From NCBI RefSeq assembly GCF_046119375.1, contig NW_027362762.1:516646001-516710000 (forward strand): a stretch of DNA of 64,000 nucleotides, given 5' to 3'. The stretch's first letter is position 1. Each line of letters begins with the position of its first letter. The notes below the pieces were generated by a model. That model was given only the letters and a program-made list of their open reading frames with translations. It was not told where the DNA came from and did not search any database. The position numbers were made by a program, and so were the translations under genes. This stretch comes from Phyllobates terribilis (taxonomy: Eukaryota). Of the stretch, positions 45,139 through 58,105 are shown in pieces.

Positions 45139-46768
45139 CAGTTAGGTCCATATATATTTGGACAGACAACATTTTTTCTAATTTTGGTTCTAGACATTAC
45201 CACAATGAATTTTAAACAAAACAATTCAGATGCAGTTGAAGTTCAGACTTTCAGCTTTCATTTGATGGTATCCACATTAAAATTGGATGAAGGGTTTAGG
45301 AGTTTCAGCTCCTTAACATGTGTCACCCTGGTTTTAAAGGGACCAAAAGTAATTGGACAATTGACTCCAAGGCTATTTCATGGACAGGTGTGGGCAATCC
45401 CTTTGTTGTGTCATTTTCAATTAAGCAGATAAAAGGCCTGGAGTTGATTTGAGGTGTGGTGTTTGCATTTGGAAGGTTTTGCTGTGAGGTAAACATGCGG
45501 ACAAAGGAGCTCTCTATGCAGGTGAAACAAGCCATCCTTAAGCTGCAAAAACAGAAAAAACCCATCCGAGAAATTGCTACAATATTAGGAGTTTGGTACA
45601 TCTTGAGAAAGAAAGAAAGCACTGGTGAACTCATCAATGCAAAAAGACCTGGGCGCCCACGGAAGACAACAGTGGTGGATGATCGCAGAATAATCTCCAT
45701 GGTGAAGAGAAACCCCTTCACAACAACCAACCAAGTGAACAACACTCTCCAGGAGGTAGGCATATCAATATCCAAATCTACCATAAAGAGAAGACTGTAT
45801 GAAAGTAAATACAGAGGGTTCACTGCACGGTGCAAGCCACTCATAAGCATCAAGAATAAAAAGGCTAGACTGGACTTTGCTAAAAAAAACATCTAAAAAA
45901 GCCAGCACAGTTCTGGAAGAACATTCTTTGGACAGATGAAACCAAGATCAACCTCTACCAGAATGATGGAAAGAGAAAAGTATGGCGAAGGCGTGGTACA
46001 GCTCATGATCCAAAGCATACCACATCATCTGTAAAACACGGCGGAGGCAGTGTGATGGCTTGGGCATGCATGGCTGCCAGTGGCACTGGGTCACTAGTGT
46101 TTATTGATGATGTGACACAGGACAGAAGCAGCCGAATGAATTCTGATGTATTTAGAGCCATACTGTGTGCGCAGATCCAGCCAAATGCAGCCAAACTGAT
46201 TGGTCGTCGTTTCATACTACAGATGGACAATGACCCAAAACATAAAGCCAAAGCAACCCAGGAGTTTATTAAAGCAAAGAAGTGGAATATTCTTGAATGG
46301 CCAAGTCAGTCACTTGATCTCAACCCAATTGAGCATGCATTTCACTTGTTAAAGACTAAACTTCAGACAGAAAGGCCCACAAACAAACAGCAACTGAAAA
46401 CCACCGCAGTGAAGGCCTGGCAGAGCATCAAAAAGGAGGAAACAGCGTCTGGTGATGTCCATGAGTTCCAGACTTCAGGCAGTCATTGCCAACAAAGGGT
46501 TTTCAACCAAGTACTAGAAATGAACATTTTATTTACAATTATTTAATCTGTCCAATTACTTTTGGTCCCGTTAAAAACAGTGGCACATGTTAAGGAGCTG
46601 AAACTCCTAAACCCTTCATCCAATTTTAATGTGGATACCCTCAAATGAAAGCTGAAAGTCTGAACTTCAACTGCATCTGAATTGTTTTGTTTAAAATTCA
46701 TTGTGGTAATGTCTAGAACCAAAATTAGAAAAATGTTGTCGCTGTCCAAATATATATGGACCTAACTG
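45139..46768 (+). mobile_element. Tc1 DD34E element with long (about 230 bp) TIRs, frameshifted; lies 77 nt downstream of the ADPRS stop
   Basis: TA|CAGTTAGGTCCATATATATTTGG...CCAAATATATATGGACCTAACTG|TA; WTDETK, MDNDPKH, 34 residues to E. Confidence 0.95.
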
Positions 46769-46845
46769 TATACATTTACTTACAATAGCAGCATTGCTGC
46801 TTGTGTGCAGTGTATATATGAATCAAGATAACCTCTTTAGATCAT

Positions 46846-47144
46846 TCAGGATGGAAGTCGAGAGCTGTATAATTCCCACAGTTGTTTACCCCAGTGCTCT
46901 GCATCTTTGTACCCCTCAGAATTCTTTTTCCATATTTCAGGGACCTGATCTTCTCCGTGGTAAGCACCTGCAATAGCTCCAGCCATGGTTGCAATAGTAT
47001 CAGTGTCTCCACCTAGTGAGATGCAGAATATGACAGTCCTTTCTAAGCTGTTCATCTCTTTGGGAAGATCTTCCACTGGGTCCATACAGCGCAGGAATGA
47101 ATAGATCGCAGTGGGTACGGATTCTAAAGCAGCAATACCATGAC
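46846..47144 (-). CDS. ADPRS: ADP-ribosylserine hydrolase ARH3, last coding exon
   Basis: AG acceptor at 47146-47145. (G)HGIAALESVPTAIYSFLRC...SLGGDTDTIATMAGAIAGAYHG...*, containing the GDTDT metal-binding motif. Confidence 0.95.
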
Positions 47145-48550
47145 CTTGGGAACATATAAATCGAGAATTAAACATACTGCATACATGGTTGAGATGTTTC
47201 TCCATTTCTTACCATTACCTAATATTTATACATTGTCATTTGCAATCAAGCACGCTTTCCGCATGGTTTTCTATAATAAAATTTCTCCTGGTACGATCTT
47301 TGTAGTGCTGAATGACATCCAGAAGATAACTGCACCGACTACACTATTCCTCTCACTGCCCACAAGAGCATAATTGCATCATATTTTTTACATTACCACT
47401 GTTATGGAGATTTGTGATAACTGTATTTGAGGGATCATCTTGCTGTCACTTACATTCACACTTAAAGGGGTTTTCCATGAACAAAAGTTGATTTTCAAAT
47501 CAATAGAGTAATAATAAGTTCCACAAATGGATGTGATTAAATAAAATGTTCCTGTGCTGAGATAATCTTATAAATGTGCCCCTGCTGTGTACTGTGCAAT
47601 GGCTGTGTCTGACCGTGCAGGGACATGGTCTGATCATACCACAGCTCCTGGACAGAAAAAAAGTATACAGACATTACAGCAGAGGATCGCAACTGATTGA
47701 TTCTTTGAAGCAAATCATCATTTAAAAACAAGCAGGGAAATGTTTTACCCCACAAAAAGAATCAGCTGCGATGCACAGTACATAGCAGGAGCACATTTAT
47801 AAGATTAAATAAAATGTTCCTGTGCTGAGATAAACATATCCAATTGTGGAAATTATTACTCCAACTTTTGTTCGTGCGAAAACCCTATTAAAATATACTT
47901 TAAACCAAGGAAGCACAACTTTATTTTTTGATCCAAAAGGCCACACAGTTACATGCAGAGATCACACTACATATTTTACAGAGGGGGTAAAAATACTTTT
48001 CTTAGCAATTTTGAACAATATTTTTAGCCGGGAGGTAATTTGCGTTATTTTATAATTATAGTACATACATATAAGTAATGCTAAGACATAATAACAGTGC
48101 TTCCAAGCATGAATAGAGTTGAAGGGAATCTGTAAAAAAAAAAAAGTTTTTGCTAGCTTATCTGCGAGCAGCATAATGTAGGGGAAGAGACCCCGATTCC
48201 AGAGATGCATCACTTACAATCAAACTGCTGCCCTAGTAAAGTATCACAAGTTTTCTCAGCTGTAGATGTAGCACAGCTCAGAAAGCGGACTATGCCCGAA
48301 CCACTGGTTAGCAGCTTTCTATGTACAGTGAATAGTGACAGTAATCTGCTAATCAGTGCTGGAGGCGGGGTTTGTCCAGGAGACACGGACAACTAGTTCA
48401 GAAGTGAGAATCTCCTACTGATAAAATACTGATTGTATTGGAACAGCACACAGCCTAATAAAGGATGCATCGCTGAAATCAGGTTCTCTGTCCTTACCTC
48501 AGGATGCCCTCAGATCACATAGAAAAAACCTGCTGACACATTCCCTTTAA

Positions 48551-48977
48551 AGTGGTTGTCCACTACTAGAACAACCCCTTCTTGACCTAAAGGTTTGGAC
48601 TCGATAAAATAAAAAAAGCTTATACTCTCCTCCCGTGCCGATGCCGTTCCAGAGTTGTCGGCACTCGCTGTCCTGGGGCTCTCGTCTGGTTGTTGTGACA
48701 CATGAGACCGGTGCCCAATCAGCGCTGTTGTCATTGTCCCCGCCTTCGTATGAATTGAACATGAAGAGGAAGTCTGGGCTGCAGCTGATCTAGGACTTCC
48801 TCTTCATGTTTAATTCGTAGAAAGGCGGGGACAATGACAACAGCGCTGATTGGGCGACGTATGTCGCAAAACCGTATGTGAGCCCCGAGACCCAACACCA
48901 TTGGAACAGTGTTTTATTTTAAATCGGGGCCAAACATTTAGAACAAGAAGGGGTTGTCCGAGTAGTGGACAACCCTT
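48551..48977. mobile_element. TTAA-flanked T2/Kolobok-type MITE; related copy at 62369-62813 and many similar decayed copies in the window
   Basis: TTAA|AGTGGTTGTCCACTACT...AGTAGTGGACAACCCT|TTAA with internal palindromes. Confidence 0.7.
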
Positions 48978-49651
48978 TTAAGCGGGTTGTCCAGTCAAAT
49001 TAAGTTCCTGTGGATAAGTATTAACTTGCTGATTGGTGGGTATCAGAGTTTTTCCTGTTGTCTAAAAACACTTCTGCTGTAAGCATGAACAACTGGTTAT
49101 GAGCTACAGAAAGGCGGTTGTGTGGTAATCATGTGCCTCTTTGTGCAAGTAGGTAAAACAATGTTAAAAAGCTACTGGAAAATCACACTGCAGACAGCTG
49201 AAGTTTACAGTAAGATTCTGTTTCTACTTTTAAGAGTAGAGGATTGCAGAATTAGGAAAATATGGTTTCATTAAAAATAACTGATGCCAGCCTTCTGAGC
49301 CACAGCCTGTGCCATGAGCAGATCCCACACTGCAGTAAACCGTAGCTTGTATTCTACTGATACTTGGTAGGGAATCTCTGTTCTCTGTCATCGCCACTGT
49401 GTTATTGTCAAAATGAGGAAAATATGGCAACAATGCTGAATATTATCACGTTTCACAATGACACATTGTATAGTAAGGATGCATGACATTGCGCCACTAT
49501 ACTTCTATGGGCCCGTCCTGTCCCTCTATGTAACAGTCATATGACAGGGTGATATACCATATTCATGAAGTGACGCCAACAACCAGTACATTCATCCTCC
49601 TCACCCATCACTACATCCCTCTACCCCTACCCCCCAAAAAAACCCTCTCAC

Positions 49652-49752
49652 CAAGTTCTTTCACCACATCACTGCGAGACACATTTTCTTTATCTAAAAA
49701 CTCCTTAATCTTCTTAAGTCTGTTACAGTAAGGAAACTCTCCCAGTTCCAAC
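49652..49752 (-). CDS. ADPRS: ARH3 internal exon, 101 bp
   Basis: AG/GT boundaries and phases match neighbouring exons; (E)LELGEFPYCNRLKKIKEFLDKENVSRSDVVKEL(G). Confidence 0.93.
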
Positions 49753-51317
49753 CTAAGGTGAGAATAGAATTCATTGTAGAACATTAAGAAACAATTCATG
49801 TAGGCACACAAGCATTACAAAAACCTTATTTTAGATAAAGATATAAAAAGAGATTCTCTGAGAACTCGATAAAATGGCATCGGTGATGTAATTCAAACCC
49901 CAGCCTGTCCTGTCCTGTGTCAGGAAGGGCTGCAGATTGAAGACATATAGCTCCCAATTGTTTTTTTACATTGTACATCTTCCTCTGCTGCACCTACACA
50001 GGCTAGTATTGACATGGAAACTCCTGGTCTGAATTGATTTATTTTCCTTCTACTCCTTACGCTTGGGAGAGTATATTCATACGGTCATCAGCATAAATGA
50101 GTACACCCCCTTTGAAAAGTAAGATTTTAAATCAATCTCTTACTGAACAAGAACAATTTCCAAAATGTTGACAGAGTTTCATAAAACATTTTAAACCCAT
50201 AACATGAATGTAAGGTTAAGGCTATGTGCCCACGATGCAGAAATGCTCCGGATTTTTCCTGAGCGTTTCTGCATCTCCCTGGCAGAAAAAAACGCATGCG
50301 GATTGTGCATGCGGATTGTACATGCGTTTTTCCTGCCAGGGACAAGCGGATGTGAAGCGTTCTTCACATGCATTTCCGCATGCGGGATGTCAAGTGCTTT
50401 CCAAGCGATTTTAGCATCACTTGGAAAGTGACCCGTCACTTACATCATGGCAGGTCCTTTTAGTCCACCGTGAGCTGCCGGCAAGGCAGGACGGATCGGA
50501 TAAAGACACCGGGGGCCATCAGAAGGCAAGTATAATGTTTGTTTTTTTTACAGTTTCTATGGTACCTGGGTCTGGGGGAGAGTCTCCTCTTCTCCAGACC
50601 CGGGTACCATCCGCACATTGAACCGCATGATATCTGCATGTGCATATGTAGTGATGTGGATGTCATGCAAGTCAATGGCAACGAAAACGCCGCAATTCCG
50701 CAAAATAATTGGTAGTGCTGCGAATTTTTCCGCAGTGGAAATTTCCGCAGTATGTGCACAGCACATGCGGATTATCATTGGGGAACATGGAAGACCATTT
50801 TTTAAGCATATCTGCAGCGGAATTGCCGCTGCGGAAACACTTAAAAAACACATAATGGGCACACAGCCTAATAATATAACTTCCATTGCAAAATCTTCAG
50901 TTTAATGAGTTGATGCAAAAATGAATACGCCCAACATCAAAAACTACTACATCTAGTAATTAGTAATAGAACTGATTCACTGCATCCAGTACACGCTTTC
51001 CTAACGAAAGCAGAGGAGAGGGAAAGCGTGCGGTGGATGTTGGGTTGTGACGTGCGGTGAAACCCCACCCACAGCCCATCACTCACCGTGGAGCGCGTCA
51101 CTGGGTCACACCTGGCTGCAGCCAGAACTTGACGTGATGACGACAGCGGATGTCAGAGCTGACTGCAGCCATTGGTCACGTGATGCCTGTTGAGTGGTCA
51201 GCAATAGCGCTGCTCACAGGCAATAAAGACCAAGCAAGGTATTTACAAAAAGACTTGTTTCTACAATTTAAAATTGATGGAGGCATTGTTAATATTAGCA
51301 GACAACCTCTAACTTAC

Positions 51318-51502
51318 TCCATAGCATCACTTCGAGACTTCTCATCTGCTTCAACTTCTTGCATGTTGCTCAGAAGATGTTCCAAAAAACACTCCCGACT
51401 CAGATTCCCCTGAAGAGCGTAGTGTATAGCAAGGGCCAGAAGAATGGCCCCATTGTAGCCCAGTGAGGAGGCGTGCGTCAGTTCGCCACTGATTTTAGCA
51501 TA
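51318..51502 (-). CDS. ADPRS: ARH3 internal exon, 185 bp
   Basis: tacatag|TAT...GA|gtaagt; YAKISGELTHASSLGYNGAILLALAIHYALQG...SRSDAM(E). Confidence 0.95.
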
Positions 51503-52360
51503 CTATGTAAAGAAAACAAAATGTTTTAGTGGTAGGACTTAAAAGTAGCAAGAAAATGCTAATTCTAAAGCAGAGATTTGAAGTCAAATGAGCAGCATCC
51601 TTGAACAAATACAACTAAATAGTGCGTTACTACTTCTGATATGACAACTACTGGATGATTATCCCCTTAAAGTCTACATATCCATCATGAGCACGACACT
51701 TGGCTTCATGATAGGTATGTCATGCTGATCACAATGAAACAGAAGCTGTACCATTCAATCAGCTGCAGGAGACTGACTGCTGTAATGCTAGGACTGACGT
51801 TCTCACTGATTCTAGCACTTAATCCCTTCATGTGACGATATCAATAGGGACAGTGGCACATGAGTTTGAGAAAGGTCGAGAGTTCCTTTTGTCAGTCCAA
51901 TGAAACCCACAATGTGAGTGTAGTGTGCCGATGGGTTGCTATATATGGGGAATCAGCCATACACTTCACCAATCACATCCTGCCGGAGCTGGGGACTAAT
52001 ATGTATTGCAGTGTTTTGCAGGTTTTTGTTTTTTGCTTTAAAAAGGTAACAGCTGTAAAATGAAAACCTACGTAAAATTGGTATAGTCATTATCGTATTG
52101 ACTTGCAGGATTAACTTAACCTGTTAATTAAACTGAAAAATAAAGAAGTTTAATTCTAGATTTATTTATTTTTTTTAAATTGCAGGTATATAATATAAAG
52201 TGGTGAAAAGTCAAGTGTACCAAAAACCGCTACCACTGAAAAGTCAGGGAAAAAAAAAATCCCACACAACAGCTCCTTTGATGGTAAATTGTAAAACATC
52301 GCTTTCTTTATAATAAAAAAAAAAAAAAAAAAAGGCATTTGTTTTTGTCACCATATTTAA

Positions 52361-53544
52361 CCCCTTTATGACGTGCCGTAACAGTACGACACGTCAGATC
52401 CCCCTGCTCAGCGATGGAGCCCGCACCTTTCCAGGCACATGACAGCTGATCTATACAGCTGACATGTGCCTGCAACAGCCGTGGGTGGAATCACGATCCA
52501 CCCGCAGCTGTTAACCTGTTAAATCCCGATGTCAATCTCTGACAGTGGCATTTAACTCGCACTTTCCAGAAACGCGTCGTTAGCCCCGCCCATCGGCAAC
52601 CCCATCACATGATCGCGAGTAGCCCTTGGGTTGGCATGACAATCCAGGGTCTGCAGGAGACCCCTGCGGTTGTCATTGGCAGATTGCTATGAGCACCGCC
52701 CAGCGGTCGGTGCTCCTAGCAAGTGAGCATTTCTACTACACACAGGCGATTTGATGTGTAGCACAGGCAATCAGACAAGTGCAGCTTCTAGTCTCCCATG
52801 GAGACTATTGGAGCATGCAAAAAGTTATAAAAAAAACAAAAACAAAAAAAACACATATTTGGTATCACCGAGTTCAGAATCGCCCGATCTATCAATATAA
52901 AAAAGAATTAATCTGAACAGTAAATGGCGTAATGAGAAAAAAAAAATCAAAATGCCAGAATTAAGTTTTTGTGGTTGCCGCAACATTGCAATAAAATGCA
53001 ATAACGGGCAATCAAAACATTGAATCTACCCCAAAATGGTATCAATAAAAACGGCAGCTCGGCACGCAAAAAATAAGCCCTCACCTGGCCCCAGATCCCA
53101 AAAAAATGGAGACGCTACAGGTCTTGGAAAATTACGCTTTTTTTTTCCCCCTCTCTCTCTCCAAACTTTGGATTTTTTTTTCACCACTTAAAAAAAAGAA
53201 CCTATACATGTTTGGTATCTACGAACTCGTAATGGCCTGGGAAATTGTAATTGAAGGTCAGTTTTAGCATTTAGTGAACATGGTAAAAAAAAAAAAAAAA
53301 AAAAAACACGCACACACTGTGGAATTGCACTTTTTTTTTGCAATTCACCGCATTTGGGAATTTTTTTTCCCCTTTTTCCAGTACATGATATGGTAAAACC
53401 AGTGGTGTTCTTCAAAACTACAACTTGTCCCGCAAAAAATAGGCCCTCACATGGCCATATTGACCAAAAAATAAAAAAAGTTATGGCTCTGGGAAGAAGG
53501 GGAGCAAAAAATGAAAATGCAAAAACTGCCTTGTAATTAAGGGG
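52361..53544. mobile_element. Non-autonomous TTAA (piggyBac-like) element; a related left-truncated copy lies at about 53960-55137
   Basis: TTAA|CCCCTT...AAGGGG|TTAA; the two copies share internal blocks (e.g. AAAATAAGCC, TATGGCTCT(G/T)GGAAGAAG). Confidence 0.75.
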
Positions 53545-55949
53545 TTAAGCAGTGTGAAAGAAAAGAATCCATCTTGTTTGTCTGTGGTATCCATTTTGTT
53601 CTATGTATCCTATGTAAGGGTGATCAGGTAACACTGATGGACAGGAAGGTTTCACATTTCTATTGACTCCCAATAAGGTTACTATTGGTTCATAGGTCAG
53701 AGGGAACTTCTCCTTTGTCTTTGACACTAAAAAAGGAGCCACATGTGTTAATATAAAGCAGAAGTCTTATCTAGTACACCATACTGCTGTATTGATTTCC
53801 TCGAGATCTCGAAAACATATTTTAATATTTGGAGTTCAGAAGGAATAGAATAGAGTATTTCGCTCACAACATTATATATCGTATAAAAGTCCTAAATAAA
53901 AAACAAATCTAATATTGGCATATTCCTACTGATTGATCAATGAATAAAGTTATCGTGAAGGGGTAATATGACAAACTTATGTCATATGTCGTGTCCTTGC
54001 ATTTGATATGGGCTTGCAAGCCAAGCCCGCATCTTTCTCTGGATATAACGGCTCATTTAATCAACCTTCATGTGCCTCTAACAGCTGCGGGTGGAGTGGA
54101 GCCCGCGGCTGTTAACCTGTTAAATCCTGATCTCCGACAGAGGCATTTAACCCGCACGGGCTTGCATCGTTCCACAGTACCATCGGCGCACCAGTGACAT
54201 GATTGCAGGCACCGATGGGTTGATGAAACAGCCAGGAGTCTGCTGATAACCCCCCCACGCCTGTCATTACGATGCTCCTGTGAACGCCGGCCTGTGGCTG
54301 GCTGTCATAGGAGATCGTGATTTTCTCTATAGATAGCAGTGCTGATGTACTGTTGTGTATAGCACAAGCGATCAAACGATCGCAATCTCAAGTCCCCTAA
54401 GGTGACTATTGAATAAGGGGGGAGGGTGGGGTGAGGGTGAATAGGGGGGAAAAAAAAAAAAAACAATTTTGTATTGCTGCGCTTGGCCTTTTACAATCTA
54501 TCAAAATATAAAATAAATTAATCTGATCGGTAAACAGCATAACAGAAAAAAAAATCAAAACGCCATAATTCATTTTTTTGGGCTGCCGCAAGATTGCAAT
54601 AAAGGGCGATGAAAACATTTAGTCTAACCCAAAATATTATCAGTAAAATAATCAGCTCAGGATGCAAAAAATAAGCCATGATACAGCCCCATATCCCAAA
54701 AAAGTTATAGGTCTCAGAAAACGTCGACAAAAGCATAAAAAAAAAAAAAAATTCTTACAAATTTCTCAATTTGTTTTTCATTACTTTAAAAAACAAACCA
54801 AAAAAAAACCTACACTATACATGTTTGTTATCTTTGTACTCGTAGTGACCTGGAGAATCATATTACTAGGTCAGTTTTACCATATAGTGAACATGGTAAA
54901 TAAGAAACCCAAAAAACAATTGTGAAATTGCAGTTTGTTTTGCAATTTCAACACAGTTGGAATTTTTTTCCCTTTTTCTAGTACACTATATGGTAGAATG
55001 AATGGTGTCATTCAAAAGTACAACTCGTCCCGCAAAAATACAAGCCCTCATACGTCCATACTGACAGAAAAATAAGAAGTTATGGCTCTTGGAAGAAGTG
55101 GAGGGAAAAATGCTTTCTTCCTTTAACCTCTTAAGGGTTAACCCATTTTCCCATTTTGGGTCTTTAAGATAATGTTAGTTTACAAATATTAAATTACCGA
55201 ATTAAGATCATAAGATCCACTTTTTTTTCTCCAAAATTTGGGAGGAAAATGGGGGGCGAGTCTTATGTCCGAATGTAGCTTACCGGGGAGTTGCGGTGGA
55301 GCAGGATCGTAGCAGTGCGATACTGCAAGCCCGGTATTGGTAGTTAGGCAGAGCTTTCCCGGCGGCCATTTTCCTGAAGCCATGGACCGCATGCACAGAC
55401 TGGGATCTCGGCCCAGCCAAGATCTCAACCACGCTCGGCTCGGGTGGCCATTTCCCTGTAGACCACGGTTTCAGGAAGATATCCGCCGGAAAAGAAATGC
55501 ACTCCGCTCTGCCTCACCGCTGACACCGACCCCAACAGCATCTCACCGTTTCGGCCATCGCTGGGAACCTGAGGGAGGGACCCTGCTTCCTGTGAGCCTG
55601 CTACACCACCACCGCAACCTCCCTCTGCTGGGGCACCCCTTTCTCTCACCCAGGGCCTGCAGCATAGCTCCACTTCTGTGCCACAGCCAGCTTCCTGAGG
55701 GACCATGCCTCCCGTGACCTCCACTGCACTGGCGCCGCCCCTAGGTAAGATACCTATTCGGACTGTAAGACCCCCATATTATAAAAAAAATATATTTTCC
55801 CTATTTTACACCCTAAAATTTGTGGTGTGTTCTATAGTCCAAAAAATACGGTATCCATCCATACATCTTAAAAAGTCATAGTAGTTTTTTTTTAGGAAAC
55901 AAAGCAAGAAAAGAAAATCAAGACACTATAGTATTAAACCGGTAGTAAC

Positions 55950-56157
55950 CTTTATAATATCCTGAATATTTGGAAAAGCCAGTGGAATCCCGACCACTCT
56001 CATGGCGGCTCCATTCCCAAAGGAACCTCTCCCATTGAACTGTTCCTTAGCTGGAGTGAAGACATTATGGTACTCCCCACTTTGAAGTTTTTCAAACACA
56101 TGTACCACTCCCATGCCATAGCCACGATCGGGATCATTGAAGTACTCAGTGGTGAAT
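55950..56157 (-). CDS. ADPRS: ARH3 internal exon, 208 bp
   Basis: ttttcag|A TTC...AAG|gttact; (R)FTTEYFNDPDRGYGMGVVHVFEKL...QFNGRGSFGNGAAMRVVGIPLAF...IIK. Splices in frame to the 185-bp exon. Confidence 0.95.
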
Positions 56158-58105
56158 CTGAAAAAACAGGGAATGCAAAATGTAAAAAGGGCTTACCCCC
56201 TTCAGGACAATGACAATTATTGTTTTATCATTCCTCGCCTTCAAAGCTATAATTTGTTATTTTTACATAGAAATCTTTTTAATGGCACCATTACATTTAC
56301 CATATACAGTAGCCTGTTAAAAAAAAAAAAAAAAAAATCTGTGGGGGTTTAATGGGGTTGTCCTTTTCTTAAATGCATGCATTTGGGGTCATAATTTATT
56401 TTTTTAAGTTGAGCCTAATTAAAAAATGTTGTCCTGTTTGCCCTCTATAGCCTAAGTTACACAATGTCTATTGCTGGCTGCAGAATGAGTTAACAGAGAA
56501 TACATTAGTGAGCTCCTTCTGATGGGAGGGATAGTAATTCTTAGGCTATGTCACACTATCAGTATTTGTAAGTCAAAACCAGGGGTGGTAACGTATTTCT
56601 ATACTTTTCCTCTGATTGTTCCACTCCTGATTTTGGCTTACAAATACTGATCAAATACTGTGACCGTAGCCTTAAAGCTGCATTCAGACATCTATGTTAC
56701 ACAGTCTGTGCCCGGACTGGCCATGGGTCTCCTGACTTGAACTCGACAGCCTTATAGAAATATATGGAGGCTGTAAAGTTCACGTCAGCAGACCTGTGGC
56801 CAGTCCGAACGCAGAGCATGTTACACAGACGTGTGAATGAGACAATCTGTCTTTTTCTAAGCTTCCCTCAGCTGATCTGTGAACACAGATCACAACAAAG
56901 TTGAATGTGCAGTGATACAAATGCCGCAAAATGTTTAATGAATCCTAATTGCAAAAGTTATTTTTAACCCTGAATACATACATTTAAGAAGGGGGGGGGG
57001 GGGGGATTGTCCCCATAGGTTGACAACCCCTTTATAAAAGGGGGATAAAATGCAATTTCCAATTTTTATCCAGGTTCTTTTTTTTTTTTTACAGCATTAA
57101 TGGTGCTGTAAAAGGGAGAGTATGAGAGTTTGCTCTGCAAGCCAGTATAATTGTAGAAATATCAAGCTGATCCAGTAAGGCGTTTCCGCCTGAATTCTAG
57201 TATAAAACACTTTAAAAGGGATTATTCACTACTCTGCATTCCCTTGTCAATCACCACAGTTTGGCAATATAAAATAATAACACCTAAACTCATCTACAAT
57301 GCAGGCATCATTCCATCAATATAGGTACCTGCTATCCCAGGGTTAAGTGTGACATTTTTATGTCATGCGCAGGGCTGTGGAGTCGGTGTCGGAATAAAAT
57401 GGACCAACTCCGACTCCTAAAATATATAATAAATTGGGTTCAGTAGTTCAATTCAGCTTGTCGGAATATTTTTTCATAAGAATTTGGGAAAGTTATGAAA
57501 TGTCCTATAAATGTCTGTCCTATTCCTGATCTAAGGGTCTAGACTTTTAGCTGAGATGAATCTGTACTACAGTCAATAGATCACTTAAACATGAGCCATG
57601 TATGAGGGAGTCGGAGTAGTGGAGTCGGAGTTGGTCAAGCGAGTCTAGAAGCCAATCAGCGGCTGCTTCCCTCTTGATTCCTTTGGACAAAACATACACC
57701 CAAAAGTAGTAAGAGCATGCTGCTCCAGATGTCAGATCCATCTGAAGCAAGGGGGAAGCAGCCGCTGATTGGCTGCTAGGATCGCATGACAAAATAATGT
57801 CACGCAAACCCTGTGACAGCAGGTGCTGACATCGCTGGAATGGCGACTAAACTTTAGGGGAGTATGCACCTAATCATTATGTTTCTTGTGGCTCTTAATG
57901 AATTAGATGCATCATACTAGAGCAAGCCCATTCATCAAGACTGATAAGCGCAACACCAGTGTTAATGAATCAGCTCACTCAATTTCAATAATTTTTTTGC
58001 TGAGGCTTTACAAAACTTTTGCAAAACTAAAAACACACTAGAAACACAGCAAACCTGGCTTTTTCATTTTTCAAAGCATTAACAATGTGAAATATGAGTA
58101 ACATA

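Noticed and set aside
51990-52015. ELGTNMY peptide resembling a segment of OSCP1
   Set aside because: Six-residue match only, inside an ADPRS intron on the opposite strand, with no flanking similarity or splice support.
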